NCBI GenBank assembly: GCA_050013395.1
Contig: JBEKFI010000010.1
Location: 1 to 63,502, forward strand
Length of the DNA stretch: 63,502 bases
Reading direction: 5' to 3'
Source of the DNA: Verrucomicrobiia bacterium
GTDB lineage: Bacteria > Verrucomicrobiota > Verrucomicrobiia > Palsa-1439
Shown here: positions 18,757-28,987 of the stretch, one piece after another
Layout: every line of letters starts with the position of its first letter
Numbering within the stretch: the first letter of the stretch is position 1
The notes under the pieces: generated by a model
Told to the model about the DNA's origin: nothing
The model's database searches: none
Seen by the model: the letters and a program-made list of their open reading frames with translations, nothing else
Translations under genes and position numbers: made by a program

Positions 18757-20925
18757 TCAGAATCGGAACGTTGCCCCAACCTTCAAGACTAGCTCGCTTG
18801 TAAGCCGTTGGAACCGCCACGCATCAAAATTCCATCCTTGGTTGGCGACTAGAAACAGGTCGCTGCCGGTACGGTAGGTCCATCGGACCCGACTGTTCAG
18901 ACCCACCTCGCTGGAGAGGTTGTCATACTGGACGATGGTGTTCCATGACAGGTCGGGTGTGAACGAGAGATTCAGCTTGGCGCTGGCAATCCGCACGTTG
19001 AAGTCGCCTTCGCGCAGCCGGATTTCATCCAGTTCGTAGCTGACGCCCATGGTCATGTAGCGTGAAGGCCGCCAGTCGAGCGTGCCTTTGTAGTCGCGCT
19101 CGGTGCCGGTGTAGAAATCACCTGTGCTGAACTCGAAGCCCACGCTGATGGGGCGTGCCGGGCTGCTTTGGAAGGAGGATTTGAATTGGCCGTAGCGGTA
19201 ATTGCCGGGCGGAATCACGATGCCGGGCAGGATGTCGAACGGTTCGTCCACTGCATCGCGAGTGAGATTGTATTCCAAGGTCAACTTGTCCTCAGCGGGT
19301 GTGCTCAGGGTCAAAACGGGCACGCTGTGGTCTTCGGCAACCGGCCGATTGTCGAGGTCGGTGGTGAAATGAGGCTCAGCGCCGAGAGAAATGCTGCGGA
19401 GCCAGGCGGTGTTCGGTCGCCAAGTGTATGTCGCCGAGCCGATGTATTCGCGGATGCCCTCCCGCTCGATGAACCCGAGACCGGGGTCAAACTTCTTGCC
19501 GATTTGTCGAAAGATAACCTCCGCTTCGAGCGGCTCGTTCGGAAAATCCAAGTCGCCACCGAACGCCGCGTCCTCGCCGCCCGCGCAGTCGGAGGAAGTG
19601 CCCATGACCCATGCGTGTCCCACGAGCGTCTTGTCATCCGTCAGGTGGCTGTTGAGATAGTTGAAGTCGAGTCCAGCCAGCGTGTTGTCACCGTTGGACA
19701 ACGGGTCGCCGTGCGTGAAAATCATGCCGGCATTGGACTCGTCCAACACCAGCATCGAGACGCGGCCGACGAAGAGATTTTTCGACTGGATGTGGTTCGT
19801 CGGATTGATGCTGTATCCGTCCTGCTGCACGTCCAGCAATGCGACGCTGGTGTTGCCGATGCGTCCCGTGAGCCGCCCGCCTGCAATAAGGTTCACCGGC
19901 TGGCCGTTTTCACTGAGGCCGATGCGCCGAGAGTAGTAAGGCAAGACCGATTCATCCAGACCGCCGAATCTGAACAACGACGAATCTTGCAGAAAGAAAT
20001 CGCGCTTTTCCGGGAAGAACAGCGGGAAACGGGTCAGGTTCACTTTGCGCTCGTCAACGTCCGCTTCGGCAAAATCGGTGTTGAACGTGGCGTTGGCTTT
20101 GAGCGACGGCGTGATGCTATAGGTGATGTCACCACCCGTCTTGAACTTCCAGCCGGAATCGTGCGTCGTAGCGTCATCGTGGTACTTGAGGCTGACGTAG
20201 GGTTTGACTTCCAATCCCAAGCCCTGCTTCATGCCTTCTAGACCGCGCAGTTCCCCGAAGTCAGCCAAAGAAGTCATGTCCTTTGCCCGCGAGAGGGCCG
20301 TCCAGCGCGCGGTTTCCTGTTTGCGGCGCATAACGCGCTCGATGTTGCAGCCCCACGCGTCGCGCTGCGGGTCGAACGAGAGGCTCTTGAACGGAATGGC
20401 GATCTCCGCCGTCCAGCCTTGCTCGTCAATGCGCGCGCGAGCCTGCCAGATCGTGTCCCAAAGCCCGTTTTCCTCGGAGAAGTTCTCGATGAGTCCTTCC
20501 GTGCGAGCGCCCGCTGGATTCACGGCGAAAAAGTAACCGTCGCGCTGACGGAAAAACGTGTCGAAAGCGATCTTCACGAAGTCGTCGGAATCGAAGGAAC
20601 TATCGTGCTGCATCTGCTTGGCGATAATCTTGGCTGGCTCGCTGTCAAAGCAGCGCACCGCGATGTAGAGGCAGTCGCGGTCGTAAAGGAAACGGACTTC
20701 GGTGCGCTCGGTCGGCGGTGCGCCCTCGACAGGGAGAACCTGAGTGAAGTTGGTCAGCGCGGGCGCGTCCTGCCAACAAGAATCGTCAAGTTTGCCGTCG
20801 ATAACGGGTGGTTTCGCAGTTGCGCGAATCTCAAAAACCGGGCGGACCGGTTCAGCTAGAGTGGAGGGAACCCCCAGCGACAGACCGGTTAAAAACAAAA
20901 GGGCCTTATAGAAAACGCAGCGCAT
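18757..20925 (-). CDS. Secreted CBM9-like / DUF5916-like beta-rich protein
   Basis: Signal peptide after ATG 20925 (MRCVFYKALLFLTGLSLG). N-terminal IDGKLDDSCWQDA..RFLYDRDCLYIAVRC is typical of the CBM9/DOMON-like module. The C-terminus ends with an aromatic residue (ATFRF), as in outer-membrane barrels. Confidence 0.65.
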   Translation of the reverse strand: MRCVFYKALLFLTGLSLGVPSTLAEPVRPVFEIRATAKPPVIDGKLDDSCWQDAPALTNFTQVLPVEGAPPTERTEVRFLYDRDCLYIAVRCFDSEPAKIIAKQMQHDSSFDSDDFVKIAFDTFFRQRDGYFFAVNPAGARTEGLIENFSEENGLWDTIWQARARIDEQGWTAEIAIPFKSLSFDPQRDAWGCNIERVMRRKQETARWTALSRAKDMTSLADFGELRGLEGMKQGLGLEVKPYVSLKYHDDATTHDSGWKFKTGGDITYSITPSLKANATFNTDFAEADVDERKVNLTRFPLFFPEKRDFFLQDSSLFRFGGLDESVLPYYSRRIGLSENGQPVNLIAGGRLTGRIGNTSVALLDVQQDGYSINPTNHIQSKNLFVGRVSMLVLDESNAGMIFTHGDPLSNGDNTLAGLDFNYLNSHLTDDKTLVGHAWVMGTSSDCAGGEDAAFGGDLDFPNEPLEAEVIFRQIGKKFDPGLGFIEREGIREYIGSATYTWRPNTAWLRSISLGAEPHFTTDLDNRPVAEDHSVPVLTLSTPAEDKLTLEYNLTRDAVDEPFDILPGIVIPPGNYRYGQFKSSFQSSPARPISVGFEFSTGDFYTGTERDYKGTLDWRPSRYMTMGVSYELDEIRLREGDFNVRIASAKLNLSFTPDLSWNTIVQYDNLSSEVGLNSRVRWTYRTGSDLFLVANQGWNFDAWRFQRLTSELVLKVGATFRF

Positions 20926-21039
20926 TATTTGATATAGGCTATTACTTGCTGCGGGGTTCCCCGCGGCGGGCTGCATCTTCGCCGAAGGAACATTACCGGG
21001 TCATTACCGCTGCCATGAAGTATCCAAAGAGGGTTGCCA

Positions 21040-22458
21040 CTACGCAGCCATCCGAGCTTCCAGCGAAAGCACGAGTATGTCAGGGCCGACGAGGTCGGCG
21101 CGGATCTTCATTCCGAGCAATTCGGTAAACGCTTTGGCCAGGGACAGTCCCAAGCCCGCGTGCTCGGGGGAAGTGCGCGAGGCATCCTTGCGCCAGAACC
21201 GTTCAAACAGATGCGGGAGATCGTGTGGACCAAGATTATCAACGGTGTTGGCCACCGACAATCTGAACTGGCCGTTGTGCTGTTCGGCGCTGACGCGAAC
21301 GGTGCCGGCGACTGGTGTGTACTCGACCGCATTGGAGAAGAGGTTGGCGAGGACCAGACCGAGCAAAGCGCGATCAGTGGCGAGATGGATGTCCGAAGGG
21401 ACCTCAAGAGCGACGTGAAGTTGTCTGCGGCCGGCTTGGTCAGCCAATGGATGCCAACTCTCATCAACCAATTCCTTGACTGCGACCGGTTCCCGCCTGA
21501 CCGTCTGCTTGCCTGCCTCGCATCGAGCGAGGCTCAAAAGCCCGATGGCAACGGCCTCCATTTTTCGGGCGATCTCGAGCGCGTCACGGAAAGACTGGGT
21601 CGTGGTTTCGGTGCCTTCCGGCCATTTGAGGGCAACCTCGGCCAACGAGCGCAGCTCGGCGATTGGCGTGCGGAGTTCGTGGGCGGCGTCGGCGGTGAAC
21701 TGCCGTTCCCGCTCGAAGGACAACTCCAGCCGCGCGAGCAGGTCGTTGAGGCGGTGGCCGATGGGCAGCAACTCGACGGGCAACGAATCCGTGGGAAATC
21801 GCAATCCCAACGATGAGGCATCGATGCGGGCCGCGTGGTCAGCGACACCCGCCAGCGGCGCCAGTCCTCGGCGGACAATAAGACGTACGACGACAACCAT
21901 TCCGGCGAGGACGACTGCGGCTGCCAGCAGAAGGGCGCCGGTCAACGCGTCGAGCGTCCGCGCCACACTGCGCAGGCTGCTGGCGACCACGAGCGTGACG
22001 GTGGGATCGGTTGCCGTCGCCGATGGCTGCTGCTCGTCGGTCTCGTTGCGCTCCGGGGAAAACTGGAACCCGATGGCCCGCCCCGGTCGACCGTTGGGCA
22101 GCTTAAGATTCCAGAATCGCGGAGAGCCGGTTGTGCCGAACCAGCGGGGCAGATCGTTGGTTCCCAACGACGGCGACCGTTCGAGCGGCTTGCCGTTGGA
22201 ATCCCAAATCTGAAAGTAGTCGGTTGAATGCGGGCGCGAGAATTCTTGCAGGAGTTCGTCGGCAGAGTCCAATTCGACTCGGCCCTTGTCCACCTTGGTC
22301 ACGGCAGCCAGCGCCATGGCCTTTGCGCGCAGCGTGGAATCGAATTCACGGAACAACAGTGTGCGCGTGGCGAAATGGATCACTGCCGCGCCGATGCCGA
22401 GGATCAGCAAGCTGCTCCCCAGCAGCCCGATCGTCAGATGTGTTTGAATGGATTTCAT
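21040..22458 (-). CDS. Two-component sensor histidine kinase
   Basis: Two TM segments and a HAMP region. H-box AAHELRTPIAEL, N-box LFSNAVEY, G-box GLGLSLAKA. Confidence 0.88.
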   Translation of the reverse strand: MKSIQTHLTIGLLGSSLLILGIGAAVIHFATRTLLFREFDSTLRAKAMALAAVTKVDKGRVELDSADELLQEFSRPHSTDYFQIWDSNGKPLERSPSLGTNDLPRWFGTTGSPRFWNLKLPNGRPGRAIGFQFSPERNETDEQQPSATATDPTVTLVVASSLRSVARTLDALTGALLLAAAVVLAGMVVVVRLIVRRGLAPLAGVADHAARIDASSLGLRFPTDSLPVELLPIGHRLNDLLARLELSFERERQFTADAAHELRTPIAELRSLAEVALKWPEGTETTTQSFRDALEIARKMEAVAIGLLSLARCEAGKQTVRREPVAVKELVDESWHPLADQAGRRQLHVALEVPSDIHLATDRALLGLVLANLFSNAVEYTPVAGTVRVSAEQHNGQFRLSVANTVDNLGPHDLPHLFERFWRKDASRTSPEHAGLGLSLAKAFTELLGMKIRADLVGPDILVLSLEARMAA

Positions 22459-23132
22459 TCGGTCGGGGCATCCATCACGTAGCCGAGGCCGCGTTTGGTA
22501 ACGATGAGCGGCGCTTGGCCGGCCGGGGTGATTTTCTTGCGGAGCACGCAGATCGTGGAATCCACCACGTTACTGAGTGGATCCACCGACTCGCCGTAAA
22601 TGTGTTCTTCGATTTCGCTGCGCGACACCACTTCGCCGCGGCGAAGGGCGAGATATTCCAGCAAACGGTATTCGCGGGCGGTCAAGTCGATGACGTCGCC
22701 GGCGCGCGTCACAGTTCTGGCCGCCATGTCGATTTCCATGTCGGCGATGCGGAGGCGAGAGGTCTTCCGTCCATACCCGCGTCGGCAAAGCGCCTGGACG
22801 CGCGCCAGCAATTCCTCCAAGGCAAACGGTTTCACCAGATAATCGTCCGCCCCGGACTGCAATCCGCGCACGCGGTCCGGGACGGTATCTTTCGCCGTGA
22901 GGATGAGGACATGAGTGTCCTTGCCCTGGGTGCGCAGGCGACGTAACAACGTCAAGCCATCCAGTCCCGGCAGCATCAGGTCGAGGACAATCACGTCGTA
23001 CTGGTTGGATTCCGCATACCAGAGGCCTTCCGCGCCGTCGCCGGTGACGTCCACGGCGTAGCCAGCCTTCCTCAGGCCCATTCCCACCGAGCGCTGCAGC
23101 AGCTTGGAATCCTCAACCAACAAAACTTTCAT
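22455..23132 (-). CDS. OmpR-family response regulator
   Basis: MKVLLVEDS..DVIVLDLMLPGLDG receiver domain plus a winged-helix domain (LTAREYRLLEYLALRRGEVVSR). Overlaps the kinase start by 4 nt. Confidence 0.9.
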   Translation of the reverse strand: MKVLLVEDSKLLQRSVGMGLRKAGYAVDVTGDGAEGLWYAESNQYDVIVLDLMLPGLDGLTLLRRLRTQGKDTHVLILTAKDTVPDRVRGLQSGADDYLVKPFALEELLARVQALCRRGYGRKTSRLRIADMEIDMAARTVTRAGDVIDLTAREYRLLEYLALRRGEVVSRSEIEEHIYGESVDPLSNVVDSTICVLRKKITPAGQAPLIVTKRGLGYVMDAPTE

Positions 23133-23219
23133 CCGTCGGCCCTCGATGAATGCGACGAGTTCTGGAGCGAATTCATTCGCCCCAGAACCGCGCCCGCAAG
23201 GCAATGTCCGTTTGCCTGT

Positions 23220-24254
23220 TCAGTTTTTTGCGTCCTTTCCCTTTGTCTTTTCGTCTTTTTCCTTTGCCTTTGCCCCTGCGCCAGTTTGTAGTTTACCATC
23301 GGGGGTAACCGCGATTTCAACGTCCTTGCCGTCCTTGGTCACCAGTGCTTCATAGGTGACTTTCCCGTCCACGGTAACCTTCTCGACCGTCTTGATCTCG
23401 CCCGTGCCCGCCTGCGCCTGAATGGTCTTGCGCACCGCCGTGGGAACGTCCTTCAGCGAAGTCATTTCCTCCGAGCTCAGCAGCTTGCCGTCGGGGTCGA
23501 CGCTAATATCGGTGTCTTTGCCGTCCTTCGTGATTACGGCTTCGAAAACCGGTTTTCCGTTGTCTTCGCCTTTCACAATCTTCCCGATCTTACCGTCGCC
23601 CGCTTGCGCTTTGATGGTCGCCTGGACCGCTGCCGGCGCCTGCGACAAAGAGACGACTTCGTCTTTCTCTCCGGCTTTCTCTTCGGCTTTTCCGGTTCCC
23701 TTCTCTTCCTTCTCCTCGCCGGCGTTCTCCGTATCCAGAATCTTCCCATCGGCGGCAATGGTCAATTCGGACTTCTTGCCGTCCTTGATGATCTCGGCTT
23801 CGTACACGACCGTCCCGTTCTCGTCGGCCTTCACGATCTTTACGATCTGATCTGGAGACGCTTGCGCCTTGATGGTCGCCCGGACCGCTACCGGTGCCTG
23901 CGACAAAGAGACGAATTCGTCTTTCTCTTCCGCTTTTCCGTGTCCCTTCTCTTCCTTGTCGTCGGCGTCCTCAGGCTTGACCTTCCCGTCGGCAGTAATG
24001 GTCAATTCGGACTTCTTGCCGTCCTTGGTGATCTCGGCTTCGTACACGACCGTCCCGTTCTCGTCGCCCTTTTCGATCTTTCCAACCGTGCCCCCAGCAG
24101 CCTGCTGGTTGATGGTGTCTTGGACTACCTGAGGCACTTGCGACAACGCGACTGTCTCGTCCTTCCCGCCTTTTTCCTCGGCGTAGGCTTGTACTGCGAT
24201 TCCCGTGACGGCGGCCAAGGCCGCCATGCACGCGATGATGTTGCGTACCTTCAT
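23220..24254 (-). CDS. Secreted protein with four PepSY-like repeats
   Basis: ATG 24254 preceded by AAAGGAGAG. Signal peptide MKVRNIIACMAALAAVTGIAVQAYA. Four modules of 80-86 aa (LSQ.P..V..TI..QA....I.KI.K....G..VYEAEI.KDGK..E....DGK) separated by Glu/Lys linkers. The DNA repeats with a period of 240-258 bp. Confidence 0.7.
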   Translation of the reverse strand: MKVRNIIACMAALAAVTGIAVQAYAEEKGGKDETVALSQVPQVVQDTINQQAAGGTVGKIEKGDENGTVVYEAEITKDGKKSELTITADGKVKPEDADDKEEKGHGKAEEKDEFVSLSQAPVAVRATIKAQASPDQIVKIVKADENGTVVYEAEIIKDGKKSELTIAADGKILDTENAGEEKEEKGTGKAEEKAGEKDEVVSLSQAPAAVQATIKAQAGDGKIGKIVKGEDNGKPVFEAVITKDGKDTDISVDPDGKLLSSEEMTSLKDVPTAVRKTIQAQAGTGEIKTVEKVTVDGKVTYEALVTKDGKDVEIAVTPDGKLQTGAGAKAKEKDEKTKGKDAKN

Positions 24255-24807
24255 GATCCTCTCTCCTTTTAGCGAACGACTGGTTTGTTTCGACGAATCC
24301 GTCCACTGCGGATCCGCGAGTCGGTCTCCTGACCAAACTGGCGCGCATGATGCCAAGTGCCACATTATACAAGGATTACGCAACGAATGGAATCGGCGCA
24401 AGTTCACGGACGCAAACAACAGCAGTTGCCGCTTCGGCGACCGCGGCAGTGATCGGCGAGTGCGAAGTTTAAAAGGAGAAGGAAAGCCTGTAAACCAAAA
24501 CGGAAAACCCGCCGCTTTTGCCCTTGTGCCCACGCGGGACACGACACCGGACGCGGGGATGGAGGAGGGCGCCGAATTGTCAGCCGCATAATCTTTCCGT
24601 AATGTTGCTCCTGACATCATCTACCAAGCTTGGTCGGAGGACCTAACGGCGAGTCCGCACAGAAGCGGGTTCGTGCAAGCAACAGAACATGTGGCGGGAG
24701 TTCGGAGGATGGAGGCACGCGCAATTGAGCCGGGCTTTTGCCCTTGAATAGGGGGCATTTCGAGCCTTACTCTCCTGCCAAACCTCAACGGGAGATCTGG
24801 TGGCTAT

Positions 24808-25851
24808 ATGAAGACAAAACATCTGCAGTTTATTGGCGCGATTGCATTCGGCATCGCAGGCATCGTGGCAGCTCCGCTTTACGGCGCGGACGGTCCGTAT
24901 CACTTATTGAAGGAAATCCCGGTCGGCGGCGACGGCGGATGGGATTATCTGTCGGTTGACATAGCGGGTCGCCGGCTGTACGTCAGCCATGCCACCAAGG
25001 TGGTCGTGATCAATCTCGACAAGGACGTGGTCGCAGGCGAGATCACCAACACTCCGGGCGTTCACGGGCTCGCGGTCGCGCCCGATCTACAGCGTGGGTT
25101 CACCAGCAACGGGCGTTCGAATACGGCGAGCATCGTTGATCTGAAGACGCTGACTACGCTGTCGCAGGTGGACACGGGTCAGAACCCGGATGGTATGCTC
25201 TACGAGCCGGGGCGACAGGAAGTTTATATGTTCAACGGGCGCGGCCAATCGGCGACGGTGATCGACGCGAAAACGGGCAAGGTCGTTGCCACCATCCCGC
25301 TGGGAGGCAGGCCGGAGTTTGCTGCCGCCGACACGAAGGCGGGACGCGTCTATAACAATATCGAAGACAAAAACGAAGTCGTCGCGATTGATACCAAGAC
25401 GCACCAAGTCGTGAACCATTGGCCGATCGCGCCCGGCGAAGGCGCCACGGGCATGGCGATTGACGTGGCGCATCATCGGCTGTTTCTCGGTTGCAGCAAC
25501 AAGTTGATGGTCATGATGGATAGCGAGAATGGCAAAGTCGTCGGCTCGGTGCCCATCGGACAGGGTGTGGATGCCAATGAGTTTGATCCCGGTACGCAGT
25601 ATGCCTTCGCTTCCTGCGGTACCGGGACGGTGACGATTGCGCACGAAGACGCACCGGACAAACTGACGGTGGTGCAGACGCTGGCGACCGAACGCGGCTC
25701 GCGCACGATGGCGCTCGATCCAAAGACGCACAAGATTTACCTCGGCGCAGCCAAATACGAGGCACCGGCAGAGGGAGCGCCCGCCGGTGGTCGCGGACGT
25801 CCGCGGATGGTTCCCGGCACCTTCAAGATCCTCGTATACGGCATGAAGTGA
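24808..25851 (+). CDS. YncE-like (YVTN) beta-propeller protein
   Basis: Signal peptide, then repeated blocks of the type GGWDYLSVD..RRLYVSH, PGVHGLAVAP, NPDGMLYEP, PEFAAADTKAGRVY, GATGMAIDVAHHRLFLG. Confidence 0.75.
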   Translation: MKTKHLQFIGAIAFGIAGIVAAPLYGADGPYHLLKEIPVGGDGGWDYLSVDIAGRRLYVSHATKVVVINLDKDVVAGEITNTPGVHGLAVAPDLQRGFTSNGRSNTASIVDLKTLTTLSQVDTGQNPDGMLYEPGRQEVYMFNGRGQSATVIDAKTGKVVATIPLGGRPEFAAADTKAGRVYNNIEDKNEVVAIDTKTHQVVNHWPIAPGEGATGMAIDVAHHRLFLGCSNKLMVMMDSENGKVVGSVPIGQGVDANEFDPGTQYAFASCGTGTVTIAHEDAPDKLTVVQTLATERGSRTMALDPKTHKIYLGAAKYEAPAEGAPAGGRGRPRMVPGTFKILVYGMK

Positions 25852-26018
25852 GCAAACGCCGTAGGTAGAAAAACCGTCGCGTCGCGGTCGGAATCCAGTG
25901 CCGCGACTGCGGCATCCGTTGCGCCAAAGCCGGCAAGGAAGTTGTCAATACTATTGACTGACCCTTTTACCTTTATGGCGACACCGTGCAAGCGGCGAAA
26001 AATCACAGATGGCAATAC

Positions 26019-27218
26019 TCAAGGCGCACGACGAATTGTCGACTCGGCAAAGATCTTCAAGATGTGAGCTGAAGGATAGGTCGAAAGCGATGCGACACCA
26101 TGCGCCAGTTCGATCGGCAAGAGAGCGCCTTCGTGGCGATTGCTCAGAATCTTCGGGATTGTGGCGAATATCCTCTCCACACCAATCAACTCCGATGAAG
26201 TAGGGTTTGCCTTGTGCTCAGCGGTGGGAATGTTGAGAACCATTTGGTGGTATTGGTTCAGTTTGACGAACACCTTCGCGCCGTAGTTCGTGTCTTTCCC
26301 GTAGACAGCGCCAGTGCTCGGCCGGTGTTGTATCTCCTCTTTGATGTAGAGGTCGCCGGGAACGCAGAGATGTTCTAAAGGTGCGCCTCGGCCTATCAAC
26401 TGAAGATGGTCGAAAAAAGTACCGGATTTCTCTTGTCCGATAATGTGGACAGGGCAGTTTGTGTCCTTGGCGTGTGACAGAAAGCGTCGAATCGGGGCTA
26501 CGAGTTTTGAGTATTGTGCGCGGATCGACAACGGCCCATCCTTCACAAACAGGCACTGTGACAGTGCAGCCTTGTTGTGCTCCCAGAAGTACCGAATGCC
26601 TGTGAACAACAGCAGTGTTTCATGAATCGCCATATAAGAAGAAGCAATTGAATCAGGTGCGGAATCCACCGCCATCTACAGGTGGAAACCGAGCATGTCT
26701 GTGAGGAAAAGATGCCCCCCACATTCGGCACAGTTTCCTTCTTCAGTATCATACGGCAGAGTCGCATTGCTCCGTCCGTGCCCGCAGTGGGGGCATTCGA
26801 ATGGAGGCAGGCCCTTGTTCCGCCCATCCCACTTTTCATAGGCGATCCATTTCAGCGTCTCCATGGGTTCGCCATGCAGCGAGGCATCCTTGACGGATTC
26901 AAAGATCGCTTGTCGTATTGCGTCATACGTTGACATGCCGGGAACAACCACGTGTCTCAAGGGGAACACTGTCGCGTGGTACAACGCGGAATCCGCCAAA
27001 ATATCTCGCAGGGCAAAGGGGTGCGGAGAATCCTTGTCGATGGAAGAGAGGGCGGCCTGATCGAGTCTCAACAGAGCCGTCTTCACAAAGCCGAGCGCCT
27101 TGTGTGGCGGGGTTTCCGACTCGATAATCTGTAGCGAGCCATCAATGCCAAACACCAACGTGAGCGGTTCTCCGTTGGCTGGTATCTTCTCCCACACTGG
27201 GTTTGCTGATACGGCCAC
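26019..27218 (-). pseudogene. NurA-like nuclease with an inserted zinc ribbon, split by an in-frame TAG
   Basis: Track ORFs 26676..27218 and 26019..26675 are in the same frame and are separated only by TAG (26676-26678), followed directly by ATG. The N-terminal part has LVFGIDGS plus CPHCGH..CAECGG. The C-terminal part has FVKDGPL, IIGQEKSG and LLPIELAHGVASLS, matching the NurA motif order as I remember it. GC is about 50%. Confidence 0.55.
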
Positions 27219-27576
27219 TTGATTAGAGCCGAAGTGAATCTTTGATCTCCTGATAAGCCATCATCGCCATCAGGCGTGAGTATGAGGGAAAGGCCTTTTG
27301 CATGCAAGGATTGGGAAGTCTTCGGGCATGGTTGCGTGGCGCGCAGATGCGGTCGGTCGCCGGCCATCGTCGGCGGTGCTGCGATTCGTTCAATGACAGT
27401 GGTTCGTCAGACGACCTGGCCGATGTGGATTTTGATCGCGTCCACGTCAACCAAGTTGATGCTGCCGGTTTTTGACCACGCTGGTTAAGAGTCCGCCGCC
27501 GTTCGCCGTTGCGTGACGACCGCAAAAAACCGCAAGCGGTTGCGAAACGGCCTGTTGTAGCTTTCACAAACTCACT

Positions 27577-27591
27577 TGGCATAACGCCTGC
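27577..27591 (+). promoter_or_regulatory. Candidate sigma-54 (-24/-12) promoter for the porin-amt cluster
   Basis: TGGCATaacgcCTGC compared with the consensus TGGCAC-N5-TTGC. It lies 74 nt upstream of the porin ATG, and nitrogen-regulated genes follow. Confidence 0.4.
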
Positions 27592-27664
27592 GAACGGGTG
27601 CGGTCGTGCGAGTTGTATTTTCAGAAAAACCAATGCAAGAACGAGAACCCAAACAGGAGGACAA

Positions 27665-28955
27665 ATGAGCGTTCGTGCGCAGAGGTTGAAGGTGATCGGG
27701 TTGTGCCTGGCGGCCGCGGTGGTGTTGGGCCAGACGCAGGCTCGCGCCGACGAGCAGCAGTTGATGGATCGAATCAAAGCGCTCGAAGACAAAATCGCCG
27801 TCTTGGAGGGCAAGAGCACCCAGACGGTGACACAGGCCAGCGTAGCATCCGCGACCCTCGACTTTCTCAATCAGGTTAATCTGAGCGGGTTTGTCTCGGC
27901 GTCGTATTTCTACGACTTCAGCAAGGGCACCGTGGGTGGAGCGAATCCGATGATTGCGGGCCGGTTGTTTGATGCGAACAACAATTCGTTCATTCCCGAC
28001 AAGTTCAAGCTCACGCTGGAAAAACCGGTCGACTTTAGCCCGACGAACTAGGAACGTGGGCTTCCGTGCCGACCTGATCGCCGGCAAAGACGCCGAGGCG
28101 ATTCACTCGACCGGCCTGTTTGGCGGTCCCGGCAGTTCGCAGAGCATTGATCTGGAGCAAGCCTACGTGAAGTTCAACGTTCCGGTCGGCAACGGCCTGA
28201 CGGTCCTCTTCGGCAAGCACGTCACCATGATGGGCGTGGAGGTGGTTGAAGAGGTCGCCAACCCGAACTGGTCGATCGGCAATCAGTTCATGTTTGTGGA
28301 GAACACCACGGAGACCGGGGTGCTGCTCGCCTATAAGTGGAATGACAAGTGGGAGACAGATTTTTGCGTGATCAATGGCTGGGATCAGGTCACGGACGTG
28401 AACGCCTCCAAGACCTTCATGGGCCGAGTGGTCTGGACCATCGACGACAAGGAGAACCTCAGTTTGCTTGGCTACGGCGGCCCCGAGCAACCTAGTGACA
28501 ATCACGATTGGCGCACGGGTACGGACATCGTGTTCAACCGCAAATTCACTGACAAACTGAATAGCTGGGTGCAGCTTGATTACGGGCACGAAGATAACGC
28601 GCCTCTCGCCGACGGCTCGGGCACGACAACGGCGAACGCCGACTGGTATGCGGCCGGCTTGTGGTTGACCTACGACTTCACCGACAAGGTGGAGTTGGCG
28701 TTCCGCGGCGACTACCTGCGCGACAAGGACGGCGTGCGCACGCCCAACACCGCAGGCGGTCCGATCACCACGCCGGTGACCTTCACCGTTGCGCCGAAGG
28801 AACTGTACAGCGCGACGTTGACGCTGAACCTCAAACCGATGCCGAGTCTGCAAGTCCGTCCCGAAGTTCGCTACGACCGCGCTTCGGCGGACACCGCGTT
28901 CAACGGCAGGAAGGATCAATTCACGGCCGGCGTCGGCGTCGCCTATCTGTACTAG
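27665..28955 (+). pseudogene. Outer-membrane beta-barrel porin (OmpL/porin_2-like), interrupted by a 1-nt frameshift
   Basis: ATG 27665 with an AGGAGGA RBS and the signal peptide MSVRAQRLKVIGLCLAAAVVLGQTQARA. The frame stops at TAG 28049-28051 (..DFSPTN*). The +1 frame continues NVGFRADLIAGKD... to a C-terminal aromatic residue (VGVAYLY). Deleting A28050 restores ..SPTNWNVGFRADL. Confidence 0.65.
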
Positions 28956-28987
28956 GGAAAACTCAATCAGTAAAGAGAACCAAACGA

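Noticed and set aside
19168-20241. 357-aa plus-strand ORF opposite the CBM9/DUF5916-like gene
   Set aside because: It is an antisense frame without motifs. The minus-strand product has a signal peptide and a consistent domain pattern.
27223-27870. 215-aa minus-strand ORF between the NurA-like gene and the porin
   Set aside because: It overlaps the porin start and its promoter region. It has no motifs or RBS and its composition is Arg/Cys-rich.
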